DNA from: Mobula hypostoma
Taxonomy: Eukaryota
Length of the DNA: 64,000 bases
Reading direction: 5' to 3'
NCBI RefSeq assembly: GCF_963921235.1
Contig: NC_086097.1
Coordinates: 47,866,001-47,930,000, forward strand
Shown here piece after piece: positions 50,179 to 63,387 of the stretch (its first letter is position 1; every line of letters starts with the position of its first letter). The notes under the pieces were generated by a model. The model saw nothing but the letters and a program-made list of their open reading frames with translations, made no database searches and was not told where the DNA came from. The position numbers and the translations under genes were made by a program.

Positions 50179-51345
50179 AGAAAATAGAACATAGAACATA
50201 GAACATAGAATAGTACAGCACAGTACAGGCCCTTCAGCCCGCAATATTGTGCCGACCCTCAAACCCTGTCTCCCATATAACCCCCCACCTTAAATTCCTC
50301 CATATTCCTGTTCAGTAATCTCTTAAATTTCACTAGTGTATCTGCCTCCAACACAGACTCAAGCAGTGCATTCCACGCACCAACCACTCTCTGAGTAAAA
50401 AAACCTTCTTCTAATTCCCCTTGAACTTCCCACCCCTTACCTTAAAGCCATGTCCTCTTGTATTGAGCAACGGTGCCCTGGGGAAGAGGTGCTGGCTATC
50501 CACTCAATTTATTCCTCTTATTATCTTGTATACTTCTATCATGTCTCCTCTCATCCTTCTTCTCTCCAAAGAGTAAAACGCTAGCTCCTTTAATCTCTGA
50601 ACATAATGCATACTCTCTAAACCAGACAGCATCCTGGTAAATCTCCTCTGTACCCTATCAAATGCTTCCACATCCTTCCTTTAGTGAGGTGACCAGAACT
50701 GGACACAGTACTCCGAGTGTGGCCTAACCAGAGTTTTATACAGCTGCATCATTACCTCGCGACTCTTAAACTCTATCCCTTGACTTATGAAAGCTAACAC
50801 CCATAAACTTTCTTAACTACCCTATCCACCTGTGAGGCAACTTTCAGGGATCTGTGGACATGTACCCCCAGATCCCTCTGCTCCTCCACACTGCCAAGTA
50901 TCCTGCCATTTACTTTGTACTCTGCCTTGGAGTTTGTCCTTCCCAAGTGTACCACCTCACACTTCTCCGGGTTGAACTCCATCTGCCACCTCTCAGCCCA
51001 CTTCTGCATCCTATCAATGTCTCTCTGCAATCTTTGACAATCCTCTATACTACCTACAACACCACCAACCTTTGTGTCTTCTGCAAACTTGCCAACCCAC
51101 CCTTCTACCCCCACATACATGTCGTTAATAAAAATCACGAAAAGTAGAGGTCCCAGAACCGATCCTTGTGGGACCCCACGAGTCACAACCCTCCAATCCG
51201 AATGTACTCCCTCCGCCATGACCCTCTGCCTTCTGCAGGCAAGCCAATTCTGAAATCCACCTGGCCAAACTTCCCTGGATCCCATGCCTTCTGACTTTCT
51301 GAATAAGCCTACTGTGTGGAACCTTGTCAAATGCCTCACTAAAAT
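50179..51345 (-). mobile_element. CR1 3' fragment specific to copy B, replacing ~490 bp present in copy A
   Basis: GVPQGSVLGPLLFVIFIND; (ATAGAAC)n tail. The flanks match 34570 and 35060 of copy A. Confidence 0.9.
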
Positions 51346-54300
51346 CCTGTGGACAAGCTGATTCTAGGCTGCTGCTGCTGACTGAAGCTTCACGGGAGAA
51401 AACAGAATATCAGGAACAGTGGATCAGCTGTCGGAGGTCACTGTACCCGGTGAACTGCTCTCTGACTCCTCTAACTTTCTCTCGGTGGGGGGTGTTTGCT
51501 GCCAATTCTCGTGTCAGAGAACTCGAGAAACACGATGCGGCAGACCTTAATGTCGTAAATCAGCAAGTTTTGTTCTTGTTGGTCTCCCCTCGCTGTGTGA
51601 CACCTCTCTAACCCTTTATTATGGAGAGAGAGAGCCTGCGGCACGTCAAAATGGTCGGCTAATGATTAGTTTTTCTGTACTTCAGAACATGGTCTCTCTT
51701 GGGGCCTCTGCGATTGCTTGCTTGGTGGGTACTGGGTGCTGATGCTTTTTGCTGAAACATGAAGGCGAGTGGGAAAGCTGATGCTTTATTGCAGCTTGCG
51801 CTTGGGAGGGGGAGAAGGCAGATTTTGAGGTTCTAACATTTTTACTGTCATTCAATCTTTTGGGTACTCCTGTTTTTGAGAATGTCTGAGAAGAGAAATG
51901 ATTTCAGGTTGCATATTGTATACATTCTCTGACCTTAGATGGAACTATTGACCTATTGAAGTATTGAAAATACATTGCCTAATGTGTAAATACTGACTAA
52001 TGTATAAAGCATTATCTAAGTTAGCAAACATTTTTCTATGAAAATATGTGCTGGCCATCAAAATCAATTAGTAATTACAAATCTGTTGCCCAGGAGTTGA
52101 ACATGCTTTCCTTCTCATGATTCTCTCGTTGGACATCAGGAAAGGTGAATTTCTGAGATTGAGTTCGTGCTTCAGGTGGAGACAAGAAAATCGGAATACA
52201 AGGTGTCGCTGGTCCACTCTGCAATAAGGCAGCCTTTCATATGTGTATCCATTGGTGTCATTTGTTGTATGTGGAGGTCCAAGAGTGACCTTCTCTATAT
52301 CCTGTTGGGCCTAACACAGATCAGGTGAAATTGCTTTCTTGAGTGCCCTTTCCCTGTCTGCTGCAACAGACAGGTTCTCCCACTATTTTAATTCAACTCC
52401 GCTCTTTCACGGCCTCTTCCGCTGCCAAGTTGAAGCCAGGCACAGACAGGAAGAGTAACACCTCATATTCTTAATACATTCATTATTCCTCGATAGTTTC
52501 TGCATGCTTCATCAGATAAATTAACTATTCTCCAATAGAAACTTTGGTTGCTACACCAACTAAGCTGTTGCAAAAAATCCTACATTTTAAGGTAAAAGCA
52601 TGGATTTCACAAATTGGCACGAACATGTCGAATTTAACGGTTGTATACAGACTAGTGGAGAAAACTCTAACGTACTCATTTACATGTTTTCTCACATTAG
52701 GTATTCAGTATTCTGAGAGTGATGAATTAGCTATTTTTGGCAATGTAACAGATGTAGCAAATACGAGTTTCACAGTCTTTTGCATGATGTAGGGAAACAC
52801 GGTCTATGTTAAAACAACTAAGGAAGATACAGTAAGTCAATGTGCCGTACGGGCAAGCACTCCAATACCTTGATCAAACTAGAGACAGAAGTGAATCCAG
52901 TGACAGTGCAGTTTACATAGCATTAATACATTTGCAGCCGGGTGTCACCTCACCATATCCCTGAACACAAGAATTTCCATTTCAAATGTAATGTCCACTC
53001 AGTGGTTACTTAGTTAGGTACACGGGTACACCTGCTTGTGAATGTAAAATCTAATCAGCCAATCATGTGAGAGACCTCAATGCATAAAAACATGCAGACA
53101 TTGCTAAAAGGTTCAGTTGTTGTTAAGACCAAACATCGTTCATGGATGAAGAGTTGAGAGAGTGGATAGATTTGAAAACTAGTGTGGACGTGGTATAGTT
53201 GATTGCAGTTGGAGCAAAGGACTGAGCCTACTGTTGGGAGTTTCCTCTCGGGCAGGAAGTGGGGTAGAGATGGCAGGAAGTGTCAGAGAAGACTGAAATA
53301 GCGATTGGGAAGTAGTATTGGATCGCCTCACGATAGGAAAGATGTGGAAACCATAGAAAGGGTGCAGAGGAGATTTACAAGGACATTGCCTGGATTGGGG
53401 AGCATGCCTTATGAGAATAGATTGAGTGAACATGGCCTTTTCTCCTTGGAGCGACGGAGGATGAGAGATAACTTGATATAGGTTTACAAGATAATGAAAG
53501 GTATTGATCGTGTGGATAGTCGGAGGCTTTTGCCCGGGACTGAAATCACTAGAATGAGCGGGCACAGTTTTAAGGTGCTTGGAAAGAGATACAGAGGAGA
53601 TGTCAGGGGTAAGTTTTTTTTATGCAGAGAGTGGTGAGTTCGTGGAACGGGCTGCCGGCGACGGTTGTGCAGGTGGAAACAATAGGGTCTTTTAAGAGAC
53701 TCCTAGATGGCTACATGGAGCTTAGAAAAATAGAGGGCTATAGGTAAAGCCTAGGTAGTTCTAAGGTAGGAACATGTTCGGCACAGCTTTGTGGGCCAAA
53801 GGGCCTGTATTGTGCTGTAGGTTTTCTATGTCTCTAGTTTTATGTTCTATAGGAGGTGTATTGAGGAAGGTGAATGGCAAGTTTCTGGGAAACAGAAAAA
53901 TAAGGGCAAATTGAGGATTGTAGTGGCTTATTGTCCAGTGATGAAGGCAGAAGACAGGATTTAAATAAAAGAAGGAAGGAAGAGTTTAAGCTTTTGTTGA
54001 GTTTTGAATGTTGTCCAGTTTCTGATATCAATCCAATTAGGGCTAAGTAAGGATTTGAAAAACCATTAGGAAATATTGTGGGCGCAAATCCCTGAAGAGA
54101 AGGGACACTCTTTTTATTTTGTAATGATAGTAAGCAATGTGAGAAAGCTTTAGGGTTAAAAGCTGTGGGAGGAAGGAAAGTAACAGAAAGAAATTCTATT
54201 GAATGACATTGGCTTTGGGGATTCATCTCTGTGGTGCTTCTAGATGTGACCAAGGACCAAGTTAAAAATAATTTGTTTGGGGAAAAGTTTGCATATGCTA

Positions 54301-54474
54301 TATATTTCAAAGGGTTTCATCGTGGAGTCTGAGCAGGTAGCTTATTGGTGTTGGTTATACTTTATGGAAAAACAGCTGCTGCATAGGCTTCATTTAGGTT
54401 AGTGAGATGTATTGTTTGGCTCTGTATGCTGCTCCATCAGAGATGTTTCAATGGAAGAAATTTGGTCATTAGCG

Positions 54475-54654
54475 GCTGTGTGTGAGGGTAAAGGTGAGGG
54501 TAGATGTGGGGCTGTATGTGAGGGTAAAGGTGAGGGTAGATGTGGGGCTGTGTGTGAGGGTAAAGGTGAGGGTAGATGTGGGGCTGTGTGTGAGGGTAAA
54601 GGTGAAGGTAGATGTGGGGCTGTGTGTGAGGGTAAAGGTGAGGGTAGATGTGGA
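54475..54654 (+). repeat. 36-bp minisatellite, 5 units
   Basis: Same unit as 38189-38728. Confidence 0.95.
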
Positions 54655-57600
54655 GGAGAACATGATTATGGCAATTATGTAGAAGGCATTAGTCTAAATT
54701 GTAGCAACTGTGGAGAAGAACATAGCTCTGCTATGCAGGGTGTTGCGAATATAAGAAAGGTGTCAAAGTGTAACGTGTTCAACTGGAAATGGGCATGTCA
54801 TATTCAGAGGCTCCGCAGAAAGTACACAAGACAATAGGTCTCATTGACACTAATGTCCAGATTATAGATAGTTTATAGACAATGTCTAAAGTGCACACTG
54901 TATTACCAAGGATTCTCTGATTGTTGATAAAGTGAGGTTTGTCACTTTCGTGACAGATGTGGTAAATTGTTAAGCTCAAACTAAGAGAAAAATGAAAGTT
55001 ATTTTAAAAGCTGTAGAAAAAACATCTGGAGATAAAAGGCATAACTCTAGACGTTTTCTTTTGAGATGCAGAGTGGGATAAGACTTCCTGGCCCTTCAAG
55101 GCATGTCACTCAGCAATGCCCCAATTCAATCATAGCCTAATAATGGGACAATTTACAATTACTGATGAACTTACCAACTGGTACGTCTTTGGACTGTGGG
55201 AGGAAACTGGAGGAAACCCACGAGATCACAGGGAGGCTGTACGAACTCCTTATAGGCAGCAGCAGGAATTGAACCCTGGTCGCCTGTGCACTAACCACTA
55301 TACTACCATGCCAATGATTTTAAGTTATTACTGGTGCCTTACAAGGAGTAGTAAATAATATTCAGACTTCAAAGGAGAGTTGTTAATATTTTTCTCATCT
55401 TACAATGGAATGCCAGAAAGCGTGTTTGCAAATGGTCCACAGTTTAAGAAATTTATTGAAGATTTAGCTAATAAACCTGTTATATGTGTACAGGAAGCCT
55501 GGTTGAAATCTTGTCTAAGTTTCAAGATACAAGGTTATGTTGATATAAGATGTGATCCGAAAATGGGTCATGGAGGAGGAGGGGCAGCAAAGTTGGGATA
55601 AGGAAAAGACAGGATGAGAACTCAGCTGGTAGAATGGTATAAAAGGAGAGAAGTTGTACATTACATATTGGACATACTAGGTTGAATAATTCCCTGTTCA
55701 GAGTTAATATGCATGATACTGGCATGTGTAGGGAGTGCACTTGTCAAGAAATGGTGGAGCATATATTGTTTGAATGCAGTTGCTATGAGATGCTAAGGAA
55801 ACATCTCATCACTCAATTGAGATACTTGGAACAATGTTTCAGATGGAAAGTTCATTGGGATATCACTGCCATTATAGCGTATATAAGTGTGTATTTGCCT
55901 TTCAGAAAAGTATTTGACTTTTTGATATTAACTAGGTTTTTGGGGGAGTGGAATTTACTGGGTATACTTCCCTTCTCTTTGCTCCACACTCCAACTCAGT
56001 AGGTGACTGTAATAGCCAACTGCCAAGAAACATTACAAGAAGAAGAAGACCAAACATTAGAAAGGGGAAGAAATGTGATCTAAATGACTTTGACCATGGA
56101 ATGATTGTTGGTGCCAAATGGGGTGGGTTGAGTATCTCAGAAACTGATGAGCTTTTGAGATTTTCACACACGACATTCTGTAGATCTTACAGAGAATGGT
56201 GTGAAAAAAAAACATTCAGTGAACGGCAGTTCTGTGGGCAAAAATGCCTTGTTAATGAGCAGAAATCAGAGGAGAATGGTTAGACTGACAGGAAGCTGGC
56301 AGTAACTTTGATAACTACTCTGTAGCACAGTGGTGTACAGAAGAGCATCACTGAATGCAAAACAGGTTGTACCTTTGAAGTGAATGGACTACAGCAGCAG
56401 AAGACCACATAAACACAAAGTCAGTGGCTGCTTTATTAGGTACCACCTCATTTCTACTGTGTATATATTGGCTAGGTTTCAGTTTCTTGGCAATTCTAGA
56501 TACATGATTATTTGGAAGCACGTAGGCTATGTGCTGATGGATAATGAAAATTAAATTGCACAATGTATGGTGTAATACAAAAAATAAGATTACTGTCATG
56601 TAAAACGTAGTCAAAGTTAACACATACTTTTCTTGGAAATAATTTGTGACAATAAACATCAGTTAGTCATTACAAATCTGCTGAGCAGGAAGAGTTGAGC
56701 ATGTTTTCCCTTTCATGTACTTTCATGACTGAGTGGAAGATCTTCTAGTTGATCATCAGGAATAGTGAATATCTTGAGACAGAATCCTACCACCAAACAC
56801 ATCTTTACCTCCTACCCCTTACTCTCCACTTTCCGCAGAGATTGCCCACTCTGTGATTCTCTTGTTTATTTGTCTTTCTCCATTAATCTCCCTCCTGGCA
56901 TATTTCCCTGCAAGCAACAGAAATGCTACACTTTCCCATTTAACTCCTCCCTTACGTCTACTCAGGCCTGAGAGCAGTCTTCCAAGTGAGGAACACGTTA
57001 CCTGTGAATCTATTGAGGACGGCTATTGTATCCGGTGCTCCTGAAGTGGCCTGCTCTACATTGGTGCGACCTGACATAAATTGGGGGGGAAACCACTTTG
57101 TCAAGCACCTTGGCACCATCTGACAAAAGTGGAATTTCCTGCTGACCAACCATTTAAGTTCCTATCCCCATTCCTTTTCCAACAAGTCGGTCCATGGCAT
57201 CCTCTTGGTTGGTCCATGCCATGATGAGGCCATTCTCAGGCTTGAGGAGCATCACCTCATGTTCCGTCTAAATAGCCTCCAACCTGATGGCAGGTGCATT
57301 GATTTTGCCTTATGGTAAAAAACAAATCCCTCCCCCTTCTCTCTTCTATTCCACTCTATAGCCTCATACTTGTTCTCCTCACCTGCCTATCAGCCCCCCT
57401 TCTTCGCTTTCTCCTGTAAGCCACTCTTTTCTCCTATCAGATATTTTCTTCCCCATCACTTTACCTTTCTCACCCACCCAGCTTACCTGTCACCACCTAG
57501 CTAGTCCTCTTTCCCCATCTCTACCTTTTTATTCTGGTGTCTTCTCCCTTCCTTTCCAGTTCTGAAGAAGGATCTTGGCCCAAAATGTCAACTATACTCA

Positions 57601-59509
57601 TTTCCATAGATGCTGCCTGACCTGCTGAGTTTTTCCAGCATCTTGTGTGTGTTGCTTTGGACTTTCAGCATCTGCAGATTTTCTCTTCTTTGTTTCTTCT
57701 CAAGATGGATCTGTTTATGTGCACCATGCACTGATCAAAAAAGAGGACCTTTGGAAGAAGAATTGTAGAGATGCATGAAGCTGGAAAAGGTTCCAAAAAC
57801 ATTTCTCAAGACCTGATTGTTCATCAGTCCACAGTAAGAGAAATTGTTTAAAATGGAGGAAACTCAGTACTGTTGCTACTTTCCCTAGGAGTGAGCGTCC
57901 TACAAAGATCACACCAAGAGCATAAGGTGCAATGCATTACAAGGAAAACACTGAACAAGAATGGAGTTCATGGAAGGACATCATGGAGGAAACCACTGCT
58001 CTCCAAAAAAAAACATTGTTGCACCTCTTAAGTTTGCAAAGGACAACCTGGATGTTTTACAACACTTCTGGGACAATGTTTTGTGGAGAGGTGAGACAAA
58101 AGTTGAACAATTTGGCAGAAGTGCACATTTTTATGTTTGGAGGGAAAAGAGTACAGCACACCAACACCAAAACCTCATCCCAACTGTGAAGAATGCTTGA
58201 AGGAGCATCATGGTTTGGAGCTGCTTTGCTGCCTCATTGAAGGAACACTTAATTCAAAGCTGTATCAGGATATTTTACAGGAGAACATTAGGGTAGCAGT
58301 CTGTCACCTGAATTGTAGTAGAAGTTGTATAATGCAACAAGTCAATAATTTGAAAGACAAGAGTAGATCAGCAACAGAATTGTTCAAAAAGAAGAAAATT
58401 TGTGTTTAGAAATGACTGAGTCAAAGTCCTAATCCTAATCCTATAGCAATGTTGTGGATGACCTGAAGCAAGGAAATCCACCAACAACCCAGTTATAGCA
58501 GTTTTGTAAGGAGGAATGGTCAAAAATTCCTCCTAGCTGATGTGCAAGACTAATCAGCATTTACCAGAAACTTCTGGTTGAAGTTATTGCTGTACAAGCG
58601 AATCACACCAGTCACTGAAAGCAAAGGTTCACATAATTTTTCCAACAAATACGTGTAATATTGGATAATTTTTCTCAATAAATAAAGAAACAAGTATTAT
58701 GTATTGTGTTTTATTTATTTAATTGGATTATCTTTATCTAGTTTTAGGACTTACAGGAAGATCCGATCATATTTTAGGTCATATTTACTCAGAAATAGAG
58801 AAGATTCTGCAGGGTTCACTAACTTTCTAGCACCACTGTATGTTTATGCTTTGCATGACCTTGCTGTTTTCTTGCAATGTACCTTCATTTTACAGTTCTT
58901 AATTTAGTTGTGGAGCAAATTGTTCAGTGTGGCATTTAGAGAATTCAACATCCATTTCTGCCAAAAAGTATTGTGCAATTCCAATATAAATCTGCATTGA
59001 CATTGATGACCCATCTTTCATGGCATAGTGTACCAAAAAATAACTTGAACTTGAGCTTTGTCTGGACAAGTGAAGTGCAAGCTTGTGAAAAGTAATGGAG
59101 CCTTTGCAGTATTTGTCTAATAAATTTCAAGTGATCCAAGATAGTGGAGTAACCACTTTCTCCTAACAACTGACTTCTTGTCCAGAACCTCATTATTAAC
59201 ATAAATCTGAAAGGAATATTCTCTAATACAATAATTGTATTCTTGACACGAGTTACTATACTTGATGCATGTATTGGAAAGCTCATTCTGCAATTCACCA
59301 AATGGAGTTAAACATAAATACAGATCACAAATCAATGGACATCTTGTGTTCATTAGTTGTTGAACAAGCCATGCTCAAAACAATTATTGTGTTCGATTGA
59401 TCATTTCCTAAAGCTTACTTCAAAACAATAAAGCGGTAAATGTCCAAACCAGTGTACACAATGACACAGCCTTGCTTTGTGTCTCTATCTGATCTGATAC
59501 TTCATTCAA

Positions 59510-60030
59510 ATTTGATTCTTCATTTGAAGAAGTTTGGTATGGGCCCCCAGATCCTAAGAACTTTCTATAGGAACACAATTGAGAGCATCGTGACAGGCTG
59601 CATCACTACCTGGTGTGGGAACTATACTTCCCTTCACAACAGTCTGCAGAGAATGGTGCGGACAGTCCAGCACATCTGTAGATGTGAACTTCCCACTATT
59701 CAGGACATTTACAAAGACGGGTGTGTAAAAAGGGCCCAAAGGATCATTGGGGACCCGAGTCACCCCAATCACAAACTGTTCCAGCTGCTACCATCCGGGA
59801 AATGGTACCACAGCATGAAAGCCAGGACCAACACGGTCTGGGACATCTTCTTCCACCAGGTCATCAGACTGCTTAATTCATGCTGACACAACTGTATTTC
59901 TATGCTATATTGACTGTCCTGTTGTACATCCTATTTATTATAAATTGCACATTTAGACAGACACGTAACATAAAGACTTTTACTCTCGTTTATATGAAGG
60001 ATGTAAATAATATAGTCAATTCAATTTAAT
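59510..60030 (+). mobile_element. Rex/Babar LINE 3' fragment
   Basis: LKKFGMGPQILRTFYRNTIESI..DPSHPNHKLFQLLPSGK; (ATTCA)n tail. Confidence 0.85.
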
Positions 60031-60357
60031 TCAACTCAATTCAATCTTAATATTAACCTTCATTTTCTTACGGAATTTTCTGAATAAGGAGAATGCATTT
60101 TGTTTCAAGTTCAATTTCAGTTTATTGTCATTCAACTGTATACATGCATACCGCCAGACAAACAATGTTCCTCCAGACCAAGATGCACGACATGGTGCAT
60201 ATAACCCACACGCATAACACATAAAGTAATATTACCACAAATAATCAGGTGCATTTACAACACAAGTTAAAAAGAAACCAGTATAAAGCTGCTGGCAACA
60301 CACATAAAAGTTGCTGGTGAACGCAGCAGGCCAGGCAGCATCTCTAGGAAGAGGTGC

Positions 60358-60393
60358 AGTCGACGTTTCAGGCGGAGACCCTTCGTCAGGACT
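60358..60393 (-). ncRNA. Minimal type I hammerhead ribozyme motif
   Basis: AGTC-CTGACGA-AGG gtctccg CCT-GAAA-CGTC-GACT on the minus strand. Confidence 0.8.
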
Positions 60394-62044
60394 AACTGAA
60401 GGAAGAGTTAGTAAGAGATTTGAAAGTGGGAAGGTGAGGGGGAGATCCAAAATGATAGGAGAAGACAGGAGGGGGAGGGATGGAGCCAAGAGCTGGACAG
60501 GTGATAAGCAAAAGGGATACAAAGGGATCATGGGACAGGAGGTCTGGGAAGAAAGACAAGGGGGGGGGGGACCCAGAGGACAGGCAAGGGGTATATTCAG
60601 AGGGACAGAGAGAGAAAAAGGAGAGTGAGAGAAAGAATGTGTGTATAAAAATAAGTAACAGATGGGGTACGAGGGGGAGGTGGGGCATTAGCGGAAGTTA
60701 GAGAAGTCGATGTTCATGCCATCAGGTTGGAGGCTACCCAGACGGAATATAAGGTGTTGTTCCTCCAACCTGAGTGTGGTTTCATCTTTACAGTAGAGGA
60801 GGCCGTGGATAGACATGTCAGAATGGGAATGGGATGTGGAATTAAAATGTGTGGCCACTGGGAGATCCTGCTTTCTCTGGCGGACAGAGCATAGGTGTTC
60901 AGCAAAGCGGTCTCCCAGTCTGCGTCGGGTCTCGCCAATATATAAAAGGCCACATCAGGAGCACCGGATGCAGTATATCACCCCAGCTGACTCACAGGTG
61001 AAGTGTTGCCTCACCTGGAAGGACTGTTTGGGGCCCTGAATGGTGGTAAGGGAGGAAGTGTAAGGGCATGTGTAGCACTTGTTCCGCTTACACGGATAAG
61101 TGCCAGGAGGGAGATCAGTGGGGAGGGATGGGGGGGACGAATGGACAAGGGAATTGCGTAGGGAGCGATCCCTGCAGAATGCAGAGAGATGGGGGCAGGG
61201 AAAGATGTGCTTAGTGGTGGGATCCCGTTGGAGGTGGCGGAAGTTACGAAGAATAATATGTTGGACCCGGAGGCTGGTGGGGTGGTAGGTGAGGACCAGG
61301 GCAAACCTATTCCTAGTGGGGTGGCGGGAGGATGGAGTGAGAGCAGATGTACGTGAAATGGGGGAGATGCGTTTAAGAGCAGAGTAGATAGTGGAGGAAG
61401 GGAAGCCCCTTTCTTTAAAAAAGGAAGACATCTCCTTCGTCCTAGAATGAAAAGCCTCATCCTGAGAGCAGATGCGGTGGAGACGGAGGAATTGCGAGAA
61501 GGGGATGGCGTTTTTGCAAGAGACAGGGTGAGAAGAGGAATAGTCCAGATAGCTGTGAGAGTCAGTAGGCTTATAGTAGACATCAGTGGATAAGCTGTCT
61601 CCAGAGACAGAGACAGGAAGATCTAGAAAGGGGAGGGAGGTGTCGGAAATGGACCAGGTAAACTTAAGGGCAGGGTGAAAGTTGGAGGCAAAGTTAATAA
61701 AGTCAACGAGCTCTGCATGCATGCAGGAAGCAGCGCCAATGCAGTCGTCGATGTAGCGAAGGAAAAGTGGGGACAGATACCAGAATAGGCATGGAACATA
61801 GATTGTTCCACAAAGCCAACAAAAAGGCAGGCATAGCTAGGACCCATACGGGTGCCCATAGCTACACCTTTAGTTTGGAGGAAGTGGGAGGAGCCAAAGG
61901 AGAAGTTATTAAGAGTAAGGACTAATTCCACTAGACGGAGCAGAGTGGTGGTAGAGGGGAACTGATTAGGTCTGGAATCCAAAAAAAGCGTAGAGCTTTG
62001 GCTCCTTACTGTTAATAATTTCTCCTCATTCTAGGAGGAGGGAG

Positions 62045-62788
62045 ATGTCTTCCTTTTTTAAAGAAAGGGGCTTCCCTTCCTCCACTATCAACTCTGCTCT
62101 TAAACGCACCTCCCCCATTTCACGTACATCTGCTCTCACTCCATCCTCCCGCCACCCCACTTGGAATAGGGTTCCCCTGGTCCTCACCTACCACCCCACC
62201 AGCCTCCAGGTCCAACATATTATTCTCCGTATCTTCCGCCACCTCCAACGGGATCCCACCACTAAGCACATCTTTCCCTCCCGCCCTCTCTCTGCATTCC
62301 GCAGGGATCGCTCCCTATGCAACTCCCTTGTCCATTCGTCCCCCCCATCCCTCCCCACTGATCTCCCTCCTGGCACTTATCCGTGTAAGCGGAACAAGTG
62401 CTACGCATGCCCTTACACTTCCTCCCTTACCACCATTCAGGGCCCCAAACAGTCCTTCCAGGTGAGGCAACACTTCACCTGTGAGTCAGCTGGGGTGATA
62501 TACTGTGTCCGGTGCTCCCGATGTGGCCTTTTATATATTGGCGAGACCCAACGCAGACTGGGAGACCGCTTTGCTGAACACCTACACTCTGTCCGCCAGA
62601 GAAAGCAGGATCTCTCAGTGGCCACACATTTTAATTCCACATCCCATTCCCATTCTGACATGTCTATCCACGGCCTCCTCTACTGTAAAGATGAAACCAC
62701 ACTCAGGTTGGAGGAACAACACCTTATATTCCGTCTGGGTAGCCTCCAACCTGATGGCATGAACATCGACTTCTCTAACTTCCGCTAA
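62045..62788 (+). CDS. Penelope ORF C-terminal part (thumb/linker and GIY-YIG endonuclease), open to its stop, 5'-truncated
   Basis: 247-aa ORF with GIY-YIG motifs, ending QPDGMNIDFSNFR*. Confidence 0.85.
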   Translation: MSSFFKERGFPSSTINSALKRTSPISRTSALTPSSRHPTWNRVPLVLTYHPTSLQVQHIILRIFRHLQRDPTTKHIFPSRPLSAFRRDRSLCNSLVHSSPPSLPTDLPPGTYPCKRNKCYACPYTSSLTTIQGPKQSFQVRQHFTCESAGVIYCVRCSRCGLLYIGETQRRLGDRFAEHLHSVRQRKQDLSVATHFNSTSHSHSDMSIHGLLYCKDETTLRLEEQHLIFRLGSLQPDGMNIDFSNFR

Positions 62789-63080
62789 TGCCCCACCTCC
62801 CCCTCGTACCCCATCTGTTACTTATTTTTATACACACATTCTTTCTCTCACTCTCCTTTTTCTCTCTCTGTCCCTCTGAATATACCCCTTGCCTGTCCTC
62901 TGGGTCCCCCCCCCTTGTCTTTCTTCCCAGACCTCCTGTCCCATGATCCCTTTGTATCCCTTTTGCTTATCACCTGTCCAGCTCTTGGCTCCATCCCTCC
63001 CCCTCCTGTCTCCTCCTATCATTTTGGATCTCGCCCTCCCCCTCCAACTTTCAAATCCCTTACTCATTCTTCCTTCAGTT

Positions 63081-63116
63081 AGTCCTGACGAAGGGTCTCG
63101 GCCTGAAACGTCAACT
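63081..63116 (+). ncRNA. Minimal type I hammerhead ribozyme motif (one stem I mismatch; identical copy at 13524-13559)
   Basis: AGTC-CTGACGA-AGG gtctcgg CCT-GAAA-CGTC-AACT. Confidence 0.72.
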
Positions 63117-63387
63117 GCATCTCTTCCTAGAGATGCTGCCTGGCCTGCTGCGTTCACCAGCAACTTTTATGTGTGTTGCTTGAATTTCCAGCATCTGCAG
63201 AATTCCTGTTGTTTGTGTTTTTAAAGCTGCTGGCACTCATACAAAATGATACGTGGACGGTAGCAAGGAGTTCAGCAGTCTCACAGCCTGGGGGAAGCTG
63301 TTTCCCACCCTAACAGTTTTTGTCATAATTCTACAGTACCTCCTGCCTGATGGCAGGCAGTCAAAGAGATTGTTGGACAGACGGGAG

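Larger units (their letters stand above)
48622..59036 (+). repeat. Tandem segmental duplication, copy B
   Basis: Lacks the RTE and Gypsy insertions of copy A. Carries its own Rex/Babar and CR1 insertions. Confidence 0.95.
60298..63221. mobile_element. Neptune-type Penelope element, inverted structure (minus 60298-~62000, plus 62026-63221), 14-bp TSD
   Basis: RT LTLNNFSFGSSHFLQTKGVAMGTRMGPSYA; Cys linker CKRNKCYACP; GIY-YIG VIYCVRCSRCGLLYIGETQRRLGDRFAEH; TSD TAAAGCTGCTGGCA at 60284-60297 and 63222-63235. Confidence 0.95.
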
